A stretch of DNA of 64,000 bases, from contig JAGIQG010000003.1 in NCBI GenBank assembly GCA_024679065.1, positions 102,486,001-102,550,000 of the forward strand, in the 5' to 3' direction. Positions 49,933-62,207 of this stretch are shown here, piece by piece. The notes below the pieces were generated by a model. It saw nothing but the letters and a program-made list of their open reading frames with translations. It was not told the origin of the DNA and did no database searches. The stretch comes from Sphyrna mokarran. Taxonomy: Eukaryota. The position numbers and the translations under genes are program-made. Each line of letters opens with the position of its first letter. Positions within the stretch are counted from its first letter, which is position 1.

Positions 49933-52532
49933 ATACTATGAGTTAAGAACGTTATTTTGATCACTACGGGCGGGATTTTATGGTCTTGTTCGAGGAAGGG
50001 CGCCTAAGGCCAATGGACATTTCTGTTGTCTGCCCCTTGTCTGCTCCAATTCCATGGCAGGCAGTGTGGAATACCGATACATACTTTTCATTCTCCCAAT
50101 CAAGACACATATCACTCTATTCAATGCTTTGAAAATATTAACGACAAAATGCGTGTTTTAAATTTTGACACATGAGTCTGTTAGGGATTGGTTGGCTTGT
50201 GGAATAAACGGTGATGCGGTTCAAAAACAATTACTGTGACAAAAAAGATTTAATAGTACAGTCTGTAGTGGAAATGTGCATCTCAATGAACAACCTGAGA
50301 CATCAAGCAGTGAATTTAGGGGGGAAACATCACAGTGTGGATGGGACAATAAAGTTTTTGCATGCAGGGTTACCTTGCACCAACTGCAGTGGCCAGCACT
50401 ATGTTTTACATTTGGAAAAAATTGCAATTGATTTGGCAAGTAGCACCACTTTTCCAAAAGCTGTAGGTCCAAGCAATTCCATTAATAATATTACATCTGC
50501 TAATTGATCTCCATGGGCTAGGTGCTTTAGTGAGACCAATGAATTACAATGTAGTGCATTTAAAGGACCAGTAGCAACAACATCAATACAAATATTGACA
50601 TTATATTGTGAAAATGTGGATTCTACCACATGTATTCTCTAGTAACACCCGGCTTAGAGTTAAAATAAATACTGGCGTGAAGTGTAATGTACTATCTAGC
50701 GAGAAACTATTGGAGATGTGATACCAGTTCCAAACCAGCAGTCTGGCCTCATGACTTATGAGACAATCACTGCCAAGAATGTAACTATCCTTTGTTGTGG
50801 ACAAGGAAGCTTTGATTTCTACATTGTAAATCAGAATGTAAAGCCACAGTTTGGACTTTGAGATAGAACCACCCTAGGGCTCATTCAACTTAGCCCAAAA
50901 CTGCACGTCCTATAACTTCAAGCCCCAGAGTTGACAACGTACAGCGATTTTTCAATTGGCAAATCATTGGCAAACTACCAGTTGTGTTTCACATGTGATT
51001 AAATGACTCAGTTCCATCGATAGTACATGCTCCAAGAAGAATATCAGTCACCATGAGGCAAAAAGTCATCAATGAGCTGCATTACACGACAGCAATGGGT
51101 ATAATTCCTGAGGAGAGGCCACAGAATGGGTCTTAATAATGGTAGTTGCTGTGAAAAAGGATGAAATGGTGAGGATATCTATCAACCCAAAGTGTTACTC
51201 AAACTACACCCTGAAGACAATGGAGCAGGTGATATCAGACATACCACAAGCAGAAGTATTCAATGTACTTGATGCAAAATGCAGTTTTGGCAGATCTCAT
51301 TAGATTCAGTATCTTCAAACCTGACGACACCCATGTTTCTGATTGGAAGATACTGTTTTTTGTATTTGTCATATGGGTATCTCCACTGGCAGTGAGGTCA
51401 TTCAGCAGTGCATGGAGCAACTCTTTGCCAATCAGCCATGAAAGATCATAATCGATGATATCCTGGTTTGGGATTGTACTGTGCAAGAAAGTGATGCTTG
51501 TCTTTACCATGTCCTGGGATATCCAATGAAGCTTAACACTGCATAATGCAAATTCAGGGTAAATCAGGTTTCAGATATATGCCACTTATTCATGGCTGAT
51601 GGTGTGAAACCTGGCCCAGACAAGACTACAGTTACACGACAAATGATTATTCTTATGGACAAACACGCTCTATAGTGTTTTCCGGGCATGACAAATTACC
51701 TCTTTAAATTTATTCTGTGTTATAGTGAGCTCACTGCACCACTTTGTCAACTCTTCTGCCAGGGTGTCAAATAGGTGTTGGCAAGAAAACCACACTGCAT
51801 CTTTCAACAGAGCATTAGCAACCCCACCAATACTACAATACTTTGATGTCCAAACACCTATCCTAATTTCAACAGATGCCCCCCCCCGTCTGGACAAATG
51901 TATACAAAATTGTAGTTCCACAGCCTGTGGCCCAAGAGCGCAGACTGACACTGTGACTCATTATGGATAGGTCGAGAAGGAATTCCTTGCTTTTCATTTT
52001 GCATGTAAGCAGTTTCACAATTCCTCATATGATCATCGCACAATCAATGAAACAGACCATCTACCACTAATAACCATCCTGAAGAAGCCTCTCCACGCTA
52101 TGTCTGCATGGCTACATTGCATGATATTATAGCGTTGTAATGTCAGCATCATAGACAGACACAGAAAGGCTTCAGAATTTCCTGCACTCAACAGACCAGA
52201 CTGATTGCAAGGCTGATGTGGACACATTGGAAATAGAGGTGTTGTCCTGTCACCACATCCGGGTGTTTAAGTGGACTTTACAAGTGAACATCACATGCAT
52301 ATGACTGTATGACATAAAAATGAAAGGTTGGCCAGAAATATCCAGGGAGCATCCTCACAAACTCTGCATGTTTTTTGTCTTTAGCAAAGACAAGAGGGTG
52401 AACTCCTGCACAGTCAATGATTCGAATTCTGCCTGCCCTCTAGTGATACTGCACCCAAAGATTGCACCAAGGGCACCCTGGATTGGAAACAACTAAAGCC
52501 AGGGCCAAAGAATCATCCTGTTTGTATGTTAA

Positions 52533-53439
52533 CAAACATGGGACACAGTGGACATCTTCTTCAGAGTCTTCAACACGTCATTGATGAAGATGAACATCTC
52601 GCCAAGGCCATCCCCACACCTCTACTTCTTTCCTTCAAACAACCGCACAACCTCAAACAGACCATCGTGTGCAGCAAACTACCCAGCCTTCAGGAAAACA
52701 ATGACCACAACACCACACAACCCTGCCGCAGCAACTTTGCAAGATGCGCCAGATCATCGACTGAATGCCGTCATCTCACGTCAGAACACTATCCACCAAG
52801 TACATGGCACATACTCTTGCAACTCGGCCAACATTGTCTACCTGATATGCTGCAAAAAAGGATGTCCCGAAGCACGGTACATTGTGGAGACCATGCAGAC
52901 ACTATGACAACAGATGAATGAAAACCGCTCGACAATCACCAGGTAAAACTGTTCCCTTCCTGTTGGCGAGCACTTCAGCGGTGCCGGGTATTCAGCCCTG
53001 ACCTTTGGATAAGCTTTCTCCGAGGCGGCCTTACAACATTTGACAGCGCAGAGTCGCTGAGCAGAAACTGACAGCCAAGTTCCGCACAAATGAGGATGGC
53101 CTCAACTGGGATATTGGGTTCATGTCACGTTATCTGTAACTTCCATGACTTGTCTGGGTTTGCAACATCTCACTTACTGACCTGTCTGGAGACAATATAC
53201 ATCTCTTTAACCTATGCTTTATACTATCTCCATTCACATTGTCAGCAACTTTAAGAATTGATTTGCTGTAAAGACTCACATTCTAATCAGTATTCAGTAA
53301 ACTGTGTGTGTGCCTTTATATGCTCTGTGTGTGACCAGAACTCTCCACTCACCTGACGAAGGGGCAAACCCCAAAAGCTAGTGGGTTTACTACAAATAAA
53401 CTTGTTGGACTTTAACCTGGTGTTGTGAGACTTCTTACT
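52533..53439 (+). mobile_element. 5'-truncated Penelope-like element (GIY-YIG endonuclease plus 3' pseudo-LTR) nested in Gypsy integrase
   Basis: Peptide TYSCNSANIVYLICCKKGCPEARYIVETMQTL and LPVGEHF; TSD ATGTTAA at 52526-52532 and 53440-53446. Confidence 0.88.
53350..53383 (+). ncRNA. Degenerate minimal type I hammerhead ribozyme
   Basis: CAC-CTGACGA-A-GGGG-CAAA-CCCC-AAAA-GCTA-GTG: core CUGANGA, stem II and stem I CAC/GTG present; GAAA mutated to AAAA. Confidence 0.65.
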
Positions 53440-54251
53440 ATGTTAATATAGACAGGGAAGTCTCAGAATACTCATCTTGTAATGCACCAAAGCTGCACCA
53501 AGCAAAGGAATATTTGCATGAGATCCCAGAGCTCCCATAGACATCCTCTATGGCTGATTTTTTTTCGGTGGAATGATGACTAGCGCTTGATCCTCATTGG
53601 CTCATATTCCAGGTGGTTTGAACTCCACTACGTTCGGAATGCAACACGCTCAAGAAACACTTTGTTGTACATGGCATCCTACAGTGACTCGTGACAGACA
53701 GTACTTGACAATTCATCTCTGTGGAGTTTCCGAATTTTACAAGCGCTTGGGACTTTGAGCACATTGTAAGCAGTCCCTCTCACCCGCGGTCAGCAGGAAG
53801 AGCAGTATGCTCAGCTAATCATCTCTTGGAAAAATGTGCACAGGACCACACTGAATACTATGCTGTGCTGCTTAGTGAGTCCAGTGAAATGGACGCAGGC
53901 AAAATGGAAATAGAACATAGAACATAGAACAATACAGATGGAACAGCCTTCCCCCAACTGTTGGTGCTTATCATACATTCTGGGTGTTTGAGCAGGCGCA
54001 GCACACAACATCAAGATTTAGTCACCACATAGACTGTTTGGACTGCTGGACGTTGTTTTGTTTCATTCCCTCTGTTGTTCCCTCCCACCACACCTTGAAA
54101 GAAGAGGGAGAAAAGTAAACGCAATGGGCTTTCCCCAAGAACCAAGCCATTGTACACTTTTGAATAGCTAACTGCTTTTATACACACGTCTGTATATAAT
54201 TTTCACTGTGTACATCTCATACCACTAGTGGCCCAAACTAATCGGGGAGTA

Positions 54252-54452
54252 TATAGACTGGATTGTCACATGACTGCATGATGTGGGAGGCACGTCTAGC
54301 TTCAGACGGCAGGGGCAACGATATTTCCCCAGGACTTTTGGCAGTGCACAAGTGTTTTCTTAGAGATGCAGAGCTGGTTATGTTAACTTTGTGTGAGGAA
54401 AGACGATGTTACAGTGTTGCAGTCAACGTTACAGTGAACAACAGAATATGAC
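54252..54452 (+). repeat. 3' LTR of Gypsy copy 1
   Basis: Preceded by PPT-like GGGGAG; TATAGACTG...GTCTAGC...GGCAGGG...ATTTCCCCAGG...CACAAGT...CAGAATATGACA; similar length to the 5' LTR. Confidence 0.65.
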
Positions 54453-54639
54453 ATTTACCATTCCACCTCACATTTCCTGCAATATTTAAGTAGGAAATTC
54501 AGAGACTTCAGGGCCAGCACCTATCATCTTTTCACAAAGGAATGTCTCCAAAAGTCTGAGTAAAGAAAACATGGGCAATGTTTTTTAGATGAAAAAGTTT
54601 CCCATCCTGCCACAGAAAGGGAAGCAATATCCCTGTCCC

Positions 54640-54862
54640 TGTGACTGGCAGCATGGAGTTTGCATGTTCTCCCCGTGATTGCTCTGATTTCCTCCCATAG
54701 TCAAAATAGTGCAGATTCGGTGGATTGGCCATGTTAAATTGGCCCTTAATGTCAGGGGGACTAACAGGGTAAATATGTGGGGTTGCGGAGATAAGGTCTG
54801 GATGGGTTTGTTGTCATGTTGACTTGATGGGCCAAATGCACCTTAGTGGTTCTATAATTCTA
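54640..54862 (+). mobile_element. HE1-like V-SINE, 5' truncated
   Basis: GGAGTTTGCATGTTCTCCCCGTG...GGTGGATTGGCCATGTTAAATTG...TTCTATAATTCTA. Confidence 0.85.
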
Positions 54863-55249
54863 ACATCATCTGTCCCACAACCATTTATTGAATAGTGGAG
54901 AATTAATTGGCTGGAAATGGGACTTTGCCCATCACTCAGGACCATGTCCTGCCTCAAAGAGCTGCTGGCCAATCTGATTGGACCACAGCTCTGTAATGCC
55001 TCCCAGCAGCACCATTGGTTGCCACTGCTCGGACTATGTCCAGTCCTAAAAGTCTAAGGAGTCCGAGGCAAGGATACAGCAGTTCATGATCACTATAGGA
55101 GGGGAGACCCCAGCGAAGTGGGGGGAGTTTAGCAAGGGGTTAGGAGATAGTTTTGGAAATGTCAGGGGGTGCTGGGAACTGAGAGTAGCAGAGACGGGGG
55201 GAAGGGAATGGGGTTCACTGAAAGTGAGCAGTGATGTTAACAAAGTAAT

Positions 55250-55411
55250 AATATTAAAACAAATTACTGTAAATGCTGGAATCTGAAACAAAAACAAAAA
55301 ATTCTGGAAAATCTCAGCAGGTTTGACAGCATCTGTGGAGAGAGATATGGCTCTGATGAATGGCCATCCAAGTCTTGAAACATTAGCTTCATTCTTTCTC
55401 CACACGTGCTG
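55250..55411. mobile_element. Penelope-like terminal fold-back with degenerate hammerhead (55349-55388)
   Basis: GGCT-CTGATGA...GAAAC-ATT-AGCT enclosed by inverted repeat CAGCATCTGTGGAGAGAGA / TCTTTCTCCACACGTGCTG. Confidence 0.7.
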
Positions 55412-56298
55412 AGAGTGACGTAGGCAACCTGCCTCCTGCTGGAGGCCTGAGCACATTAATCTTCCAGGCTTCTGCTCAATCCTTAACCTCCAGCTGGTCT
55501 CAGAACTGCAGCCAGCTGGGAAGAAGCCCTTTAAGTGACCAATAATTGATGTGAGGGTGGGCTGACTGCCTTAGGCCTCACCTGCCTCCTGCAAAATTCT
55601 TGACCGGTCAGGAGCGGGTGGATAGCTACCTAGCAAATTTTACAGGGTTTCTCTCCTGCCAATATGCCAGAGGACAAATTCAATTTGTCTTTACAACGTC
55701 TAAACCATTTTGTTCTTTACACCTAATCTGTGGCAAAGGACAGTTACACGTAGTAGAATAGCTATTGTCAGGCAATTTGGAAGGCAGAATCAAAACACTG
55801 GCAACTCCTGGGCACACACAACAGCAACAAGTGTCAATGAGAACACAGAAGAGAGTTGCGAGGTTCAGCTTGGTATTAGGATAGCACACTTATACAGCAA
55901 TCTGTTTTATTGTTTGCAGATATTATGATCATTTGAAAGACCTCCTACTTTGTTAACAGGTCAGAAAACATTTTTCTAAAATGAACGTCTTTGTGTCTCC
56001 CATAGGTTGGGGACTCTTCCAGAGGAGTAATTTTCCCTCCATTAATTTCATCACACTGTCATTACTTATATATTGTCAAAGCTAAATCTCCTTGTGACAA
56101 AGGTATTATTGAGACAGAGAGCTATGTCTGAGTAAAGCACAGTAAGAACTCAGTAAGAATTTAGCAACACCAATTTTAAATCCAACCGATTTATTTGACA
56201 GTAAAATTGCGAGCGTTCGACACTCTGTGTCTTTGTCAGGCAAATGCAGAAAAGTGGAACAAGGTTCTCGAAGCTCAGTGATTCCATTTCCAAACCAT

Positions 56299-56434
56299 GG
56301 GTGGAATCTTCTGATTGTTCACGCCCTGTTGCCACTGAGATCGAGGATGGAGAGTTTGGCACTCAGCCAAATCTCCGCTCAGTGCAGCGGGACCAGAAAG
56401 TCTCGCTGGTGGAAAGGGTCTAAAAATTCCAGCT
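56299..56434. mobile_element. MITE, inverted homolog of 43862-43998
   Basis: GGAGAGTTTGGCACTCAGCCAAATCTC approximates the reverse complement of GAGATTTGGCTGAGCGCTAAATTCTCC; ends GGGTGGAATCT...AAATTCCAGCTC. Confidence 0.7.
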
Positions 56435-57736
56435 CATATCTTTGTAATTATCTTAATTTATCTGCGGCAACTGCCTGATGATAATGTGTTTCATCTTTGT
56501 GGCTTGGAGAAATATGGTTGTGTAAAACATTTTATGCTGTGTTTACCTTCCCAGCTAAAGGATGAGTGGTTTCTGTGCTGCCACATGTGTACAACATGAC
56601 AATCATTGCATAACCATAGCATAGAGTCCTGAACTAATCAAAACACAGGTGAAACCTTCCAATAATATTTGAAAAATCCAATGCCTACAAGCAAAATTCA
56701 GAAGTACAACAGAATGTTCATTAGCCAACTGTCAAAGGTCATGCCATCAACACATTCATCCGTTACATTTACATAGGAAAGCAGTGTTAAGGGAGAGGAA
56801 ACCTTTCCAAATCTTAGAACTTCTCTCTTGGATCAATTAGCGTGTATTAGCATGAAAATTGAAGGTCTAATGAGACTCATAGTGCATGGCAGCATGGTCT
56901 CAAAACTTATTAAAAAAAGGTAACTGTGAAATGCAACATGCTGCTATTGTTAGCCATGCTGGCATCCTTGCCAGATTCTAATAACCTCTGTTCCAGGCCA
57001 GCAACACTCATCACTGGCAAAGGAGCCTTCAAACAAAAAGCCGCAGCTACAGCATTTCAGCTACTGACAATGGACACACTTTCACCATTGGGTAGTATTC
57101 TTCAACTTAAAGAAATATCAGAAATGTCACCAAACAAAGAAAATATGTTTAAGGCTTTCATTTGTAAATAAATTACCAATTTTTAGGGTATTTGCCAGCA
57201 GAGTTGGAGGAGATTGCTAAAGTTAGTATTTGACATTTTGATCTGTAATAGCAAATGTTTCTTTAAAAAAAAGGATGTAGCCAGAAAGGGCTGTCAAATT
57301 GTCACTTGCTGGTTGAGTAAGTTCATACTTGGCATTTCATTTTGAAATGTTAATGTTTGAATGGGTTGTCATATTACTCACGTCACACTGAGTGTGTTTG
57401 CACCTGACATTTTCAGTTTCATATTATATTCTAGTCAACGGTGCTATCACAATGCATGCATTGTGTAGATTAAATTCATGTTTGACATGATCATTTCAAA
57501 GTTATAACGTTAAGTGTGATCAATTCTTCAGCTTAATGAATGAGAGACTAAGAATTGAACAAGCTGCAAAACACCAGAACTGGATTTTATTCCTATCCCC
57601 AGCTAACATGCTAAATAAATAGTGTGTTTAGGATTTCTCTTCTCATTTAAATTTTTGTCTGTCCATTTAAGAAGGCCAGCACTGCACAACAGGTGAACAA
57701 GTGAATATAGCAAGAAAGTGCCAAATAAAGACGTCT

Positions 57737-58194
57737 TGTGAACCAGAACAGGTACCTGACAGAAGCATGTCAGAGCATGTTGTAGTTGATCACTTTACTC
57801 GCATGTGCTGGTTGATCATTTTACTGGCATGTGCTGGTTGATCATTTTACTAAAAGTGTATAAGAGATGCGCTCTGAGCAAGCAAATAAACCTACAATCC
57901 AGGAACCACAAGGTATCCTTGTGCTCAGAAAAGAAGAACAATCATTATAAAAGAAGGACCCTGAGCTCAAAGTTCACAGAAGAAGAAGGTACCTGTATTG
58001 AGTGACAGAAGCTTAGCCAGCTTTCTCGCCACTGCAGATAATTGCTAGATCTCTGTAGTGAGCTTGAGTCTTCTCTGTGCTATGTTCTCAAACATCTTAA
58101 TTAAGCCAGCTCCTCTGAATAAAGTAGAGCTGTAATAAATTTTAGTGTCTTTATTGTGTCTACTTCAGCCAATCAAGCAGAGTCTTGATCAACA
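57737..58194 (+). mobile_element. Possible solo LTR with internal tandem repeat
   Basis: TG...AACA ends, TATAAGA and AATAAA signals; no TSD confirmed. Confidence 0.4.
57775..57852. repeat. 3 x 26-bp tandem repeat GCATGTGCTGGTTGATCATTTTACTN
   Basis: Directly visible; first copy diverged. Confidence 0.9.
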
Positions 58195-58939
58195 AGTGGA
58201 ACTTGGAATATTTTGTGTTTCAAACGCCAGTATCATTAAACTTCTCCAGGTATAGTGTGGTTAGATCCCTGAGAGAAGTTCTCAATAAGCATACACATTC
58301 AACAGAGTCCTTTCTAATTCTGACACATGATTGGAGACTGATCTGATTGTATCTATAATGAAAAGCTTAACTTTATAATAAATTTAACACTCCCACTCAA
58401 AGAGATCATACAAATGTTATAATTTTGATCAATTAAATATTTCTCCTGTATGTTATATACAGAGTGAGCATTAGGTATCTTTGGACCGTGATAACTATGC
58501 TAAGCAGTATGATATGTGAAGGGAGGGAGGATTTCCGAGAGTGCATAGTATTTATATGAAAAGGGAGTACTTCTTTCATCACATCAAATATCTTGTATCA
58601 TCCTTCAGTATTACACTTCTAATCATGCAAACTACTTGGAACTGACTGCCAGAAATTACATATTTATGAAACAGTAACAAATTAGAATTAAACAGCTACA
58701 AAATATACAAATTAAACATAATCAAAATATGTGCAAACCTATTAATCGTGACCTCCTGAGTACTTGTTAAAAGAAATAAAAAAGCATTAACAGTGACAGA
58801 GAATCACTAATAAAACAAAACAAAAATACACCCAATTAAGTAGCAAAATTATTTCTTTGAATCCTTTCTATCAGCAGCATAGAGGTCTGAAAATAGGGTT
58901 TGAATGTGACAGACAAACTAAAGTAGATCATTCATAATA

Positions 58940-61900
58940 TTGTGATTAACCATTCAATAGAATTGTACATTGTCACTGGATGATCTTTGTAGAACAAGTG
59001 GCCACAAATGTTACAGGAACAAAACCTATATGCTGCACCAGAACCCAGCACCCAGGTGGAACTTGTGGCTTATAGAGACAAAGCATCCAGACCAAATGTG
59101 TAGCTACCCTTCACTACACACAGAGCACTTTCAGGTTTCATATAATTGACCAGAATGTAAGGCCATGACTAGGTCTTCGGGACATCATTACATTGGGGTT
59201 CATTCAATTTAGTCCAGATGTATATGCTGTACAACACCACAGGTGACAGCATACGAAGACGTTTTCAACTGTGATATCAATGGTAAGTTTTGAGTTGGGC
59301 TCCACATGAGGCTAGATGATTTGGTACCATCAACTGAGAAGAGAATCAGTAGTCATGATGTGGAGATGCCGACGTTGGACTGAGGTAAACAAGTAAGAAG
59401 TCTGACAATGCTAGATTTAAGTCCAACCAATTTATTAATAAATTGATTGGACTTAAACCTGGTGTTGTCAGACATCTTGAAGAGTATCAGTCGCCATGAA
59501 ACAGAAAGTCTTTGATGAGCTCCATTGAATGATGTCACTCAGTCTCATTGCTCCTACAGATGAGGCTAAAGAATGGGTTTCAGTAATAGCGGCGGTGGTT
59601 GGGATATGCTTTGGCTCAGTTGGGATGTGCATTGACCCAGTTCACTTGAATAAAGTGCTGCACAGACCAACCCTGATGAAGACAGTGAAACTGGTGATAA
59701 CAGACATGCCAAATGCTCAGGTGTTCAGTATCCTGGATGTGAAATTTAAGTCATGACAGATCCCACTCAATGAAGAATCCTCAAAATTAACCACGTTCAT
59801 TTTTCTGGTAGGCAAGTACCATTTTCTTTGTATACTCTCAGGCAGCAACGTCTTATAGCAATGCATAACACAATTCTTTGCAGGCCAACCTTAGGAGCTC
59901 ATTGTTAATGACATCCTGATTTGGCGGTCATACTATGCAAAACATGAAGTACATCTCCATCTCATCCTTGACAGAACCAGGACTATACTGTTGAAGCTTA
60001 ACCCCGCAAAAAGCAGATTTAGGGTCAATCAGGTTCTTCCTGTGGGCCATTTACTCACAGATGTACAGCCCACTCCAGACAAGTCAAGCACTATACAACA
60101 GATGGCCATTCCTGTGGACAATGATGCTTTACAGTGCTTTCCTCGTAATGATTAATTATCTTTATAAGTATATCCCATGTTATTGTGAGATCACTCATTT
60201 TGCACAGATCAAGAAAGCATTTATTTCTTTTATCTTTGCCTGTGAGAAATGTCATGATTTCATATATAATCATGCAGCAATTGTTGAAACTGATTAACAG
60301 CCACTCATAACTATCTTAATAAAACCTCTCCACATTATGTCAGCATGACTGCAGTGCATGGTGCAAAACCTACAACATCATGATCTTAGCATTGTCTACA
60401 AACATTGTAAGGAGCTGTACCTGACTGATGCTCTCTCCAGTACCTTCCTGCCCTCTACTGACTAGATATACTGTGAGGAAGACATGGACATCATGACAAT
60501 AGAAGTTCTGTCTTCTTGTACTTATCGAACTCAGGAACTCAAAGGTGCCTTACAGGTCACATCATATGCAGGCACAACATCATCATGGCCAGAATTCTCA
60601 AGGGTGCTTTCCCTTGGGCTCTTTATATTCTTCACCAACAAAGATGGACTAATACTGTACGGCCAGCGATTCATCATCTCTACCTCACTCCAGAGGCACT
60701 ACACACAACAACTTCACCAAGGGTACCTGAGCAACCCAATGCAGGGCTAGAGTCTTACTGTACTGGCCCTCTATGTACGCAGACATGGAATGGGAAATTT
60801 CCAGATATGCACCATGTCATGCACCACATCAAGCCAAATAACCATTGAACTTACGTGAGTCCTAGACATCCCTTGGTCATCTGCAGAAGCTATGTCTTTG
60901 AAAGAAATGGTAAACAATATTTAGATTTAATTGATTCATATTCCGGGTGGTTTGAACTTGACTACCTGCTAACCATGCTGAGTAACATCATCAAACTCAA
61001 AGGACATTTTGCCACATACAGCATCCCACAGACAACTCTCACCAATTCATCTCCATGGAATTTCTGAACTTTGACACATATGGGCAGCCAGTTGTATTCA
61101 CAGTCAAATAGTCTGATGGAATGGGCAGTTTGTTCAACCATGCTTCTTCTCAAGAAAAGTGCACAGGATCACCAAGTCTACTGTGCTGTATTCTTCAGCG
61201 TGCGAAATCTATCATCACGGGCCTGCCCTCGTCAATACAATAACTCTTTTCCAGGCAACCAGGGCCATGATTCCTACTACTAAAGACCTGCTGCAGTCCA
61301 AATTTGAAACTAATGTATTTAGTGCATTTATTCAATATAAATTGAGAAGCAGAATGTTCTGCAATCAAGATGCCCATAGACTCACCCTCTAACACTAGTC
61401 AAACAGCCAAGATCCAGACCAGATGTTGCCATGACCAATTGGTAATGATACATAGCCATGCCCCACAACCAAACAGCTTCATGGAAGCCTCAGACAATGC
61501 CCACTATGTACGCAATCACCAACACCTTCTACTGGTATTGGAACCAACACCAACAAATACCATACAGTCTAGTCATCAGTCTATGGCAATCTTGACTTCA
61601 CCAGCAGACATGCAACCTAGTCCAAAGGACAACATAGCAAGCCTGCACCAACAGACCACACTGACGGAATGTTCTTTGTGTCACCGACACTAAGGTCACT
61701 GGCCAGAGAAAGACTACAACCTTATCAAGCAGTGAAATCATACGTTCAAGGCTCCTAAGCAAATCAAACACAAACTTCCAGGACTTTATTACCATTTAGC
61801 TTAGGACTACTTTTGATTTTAAGCTTTCTGCAACAAAAAGTGGGTTGGAGGTGGGAGGAATAAGACATGATAGGCTACACAGCTGCAACAGCTTAATCCA

Positions 61901-62207
61901 TGGCTCACTGCATATGTAAATAGTTATGCACTGCCAGCTTGTTTAACTTGTATGTGACACAATGGCCTGTCCATAGTTCCCTATTGCAGACACTGCTACT
62001 TCTCAAGCCAATGAATGTTCCAACTAAATGGGGAAGATGTAGACCGAGAGGTCACATGTGGATATGGTGCCGCAGCTACAATAGAAGTCAAATGATGGAA
62101 GCATGGAGTCATCCTTGTCAGCACAGGAAGAACACAAGTGTTGATTTAGCTGTTAATCTAGTAAATAAAATTGTTGAAAGCACTGTTATCAGTGATTCAG
62201 AAATACA
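58940..62207 (+). mobile_element. Decayed Ty3/Gypsy element (copy 2), pol plus 3' LTR (62038-62207)
   Basis: MCIDPVHLNKVLHRP...DMPNAQVFSILDVK, LIVNDILIW, YLDLIDSYSGWFELD...KLKGHFATYSIPQ; PPT GGGGAAGA followed by TGTAGAC...CAGAAATACA, similar to copy 1 LTRs. Confidence 0.82.
59354..59478. mobile_element. Penelope tail fold-back (84-bp near-palindrome) inserted in Gypsy copy 2
   Basis: Arms 59395-59436 and 59437-59478; sequence matches the pseudo-LTR end at 53395-53439; ~21-bp flanking duplication. Confidence 0.8.

Larger units (their letters stand above)
49204..54452 (+). mobile_element. Decayed full-length Ty3/Gypsy LTR retrotransposon (copy 1)
   Basis: Gag zinc-knuckle remnant CTNCSGQH (~50375), RT VFNVLDAK and IIDDILVW (51448), RNase H PPILQYFDVQTPILISTDA, integrase FEHIVSSPSHPRSAGRA; domain order RT-RH-INT; paired LTRs; many stops and frameshifts. 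Confidence 0.85.

Noticed and set aside
50331-50360. CACAGTG heptamer as a V(D)J recombination signal
   Set aside because: No nonamer at 12/23 spacing and no V, D or J segments; lies in Gypsy gag
57775-57852. CRISPR-like repeat
   Set aside because: Head-to-tail repeats without spacers, in a vertebrate context with no cas genes
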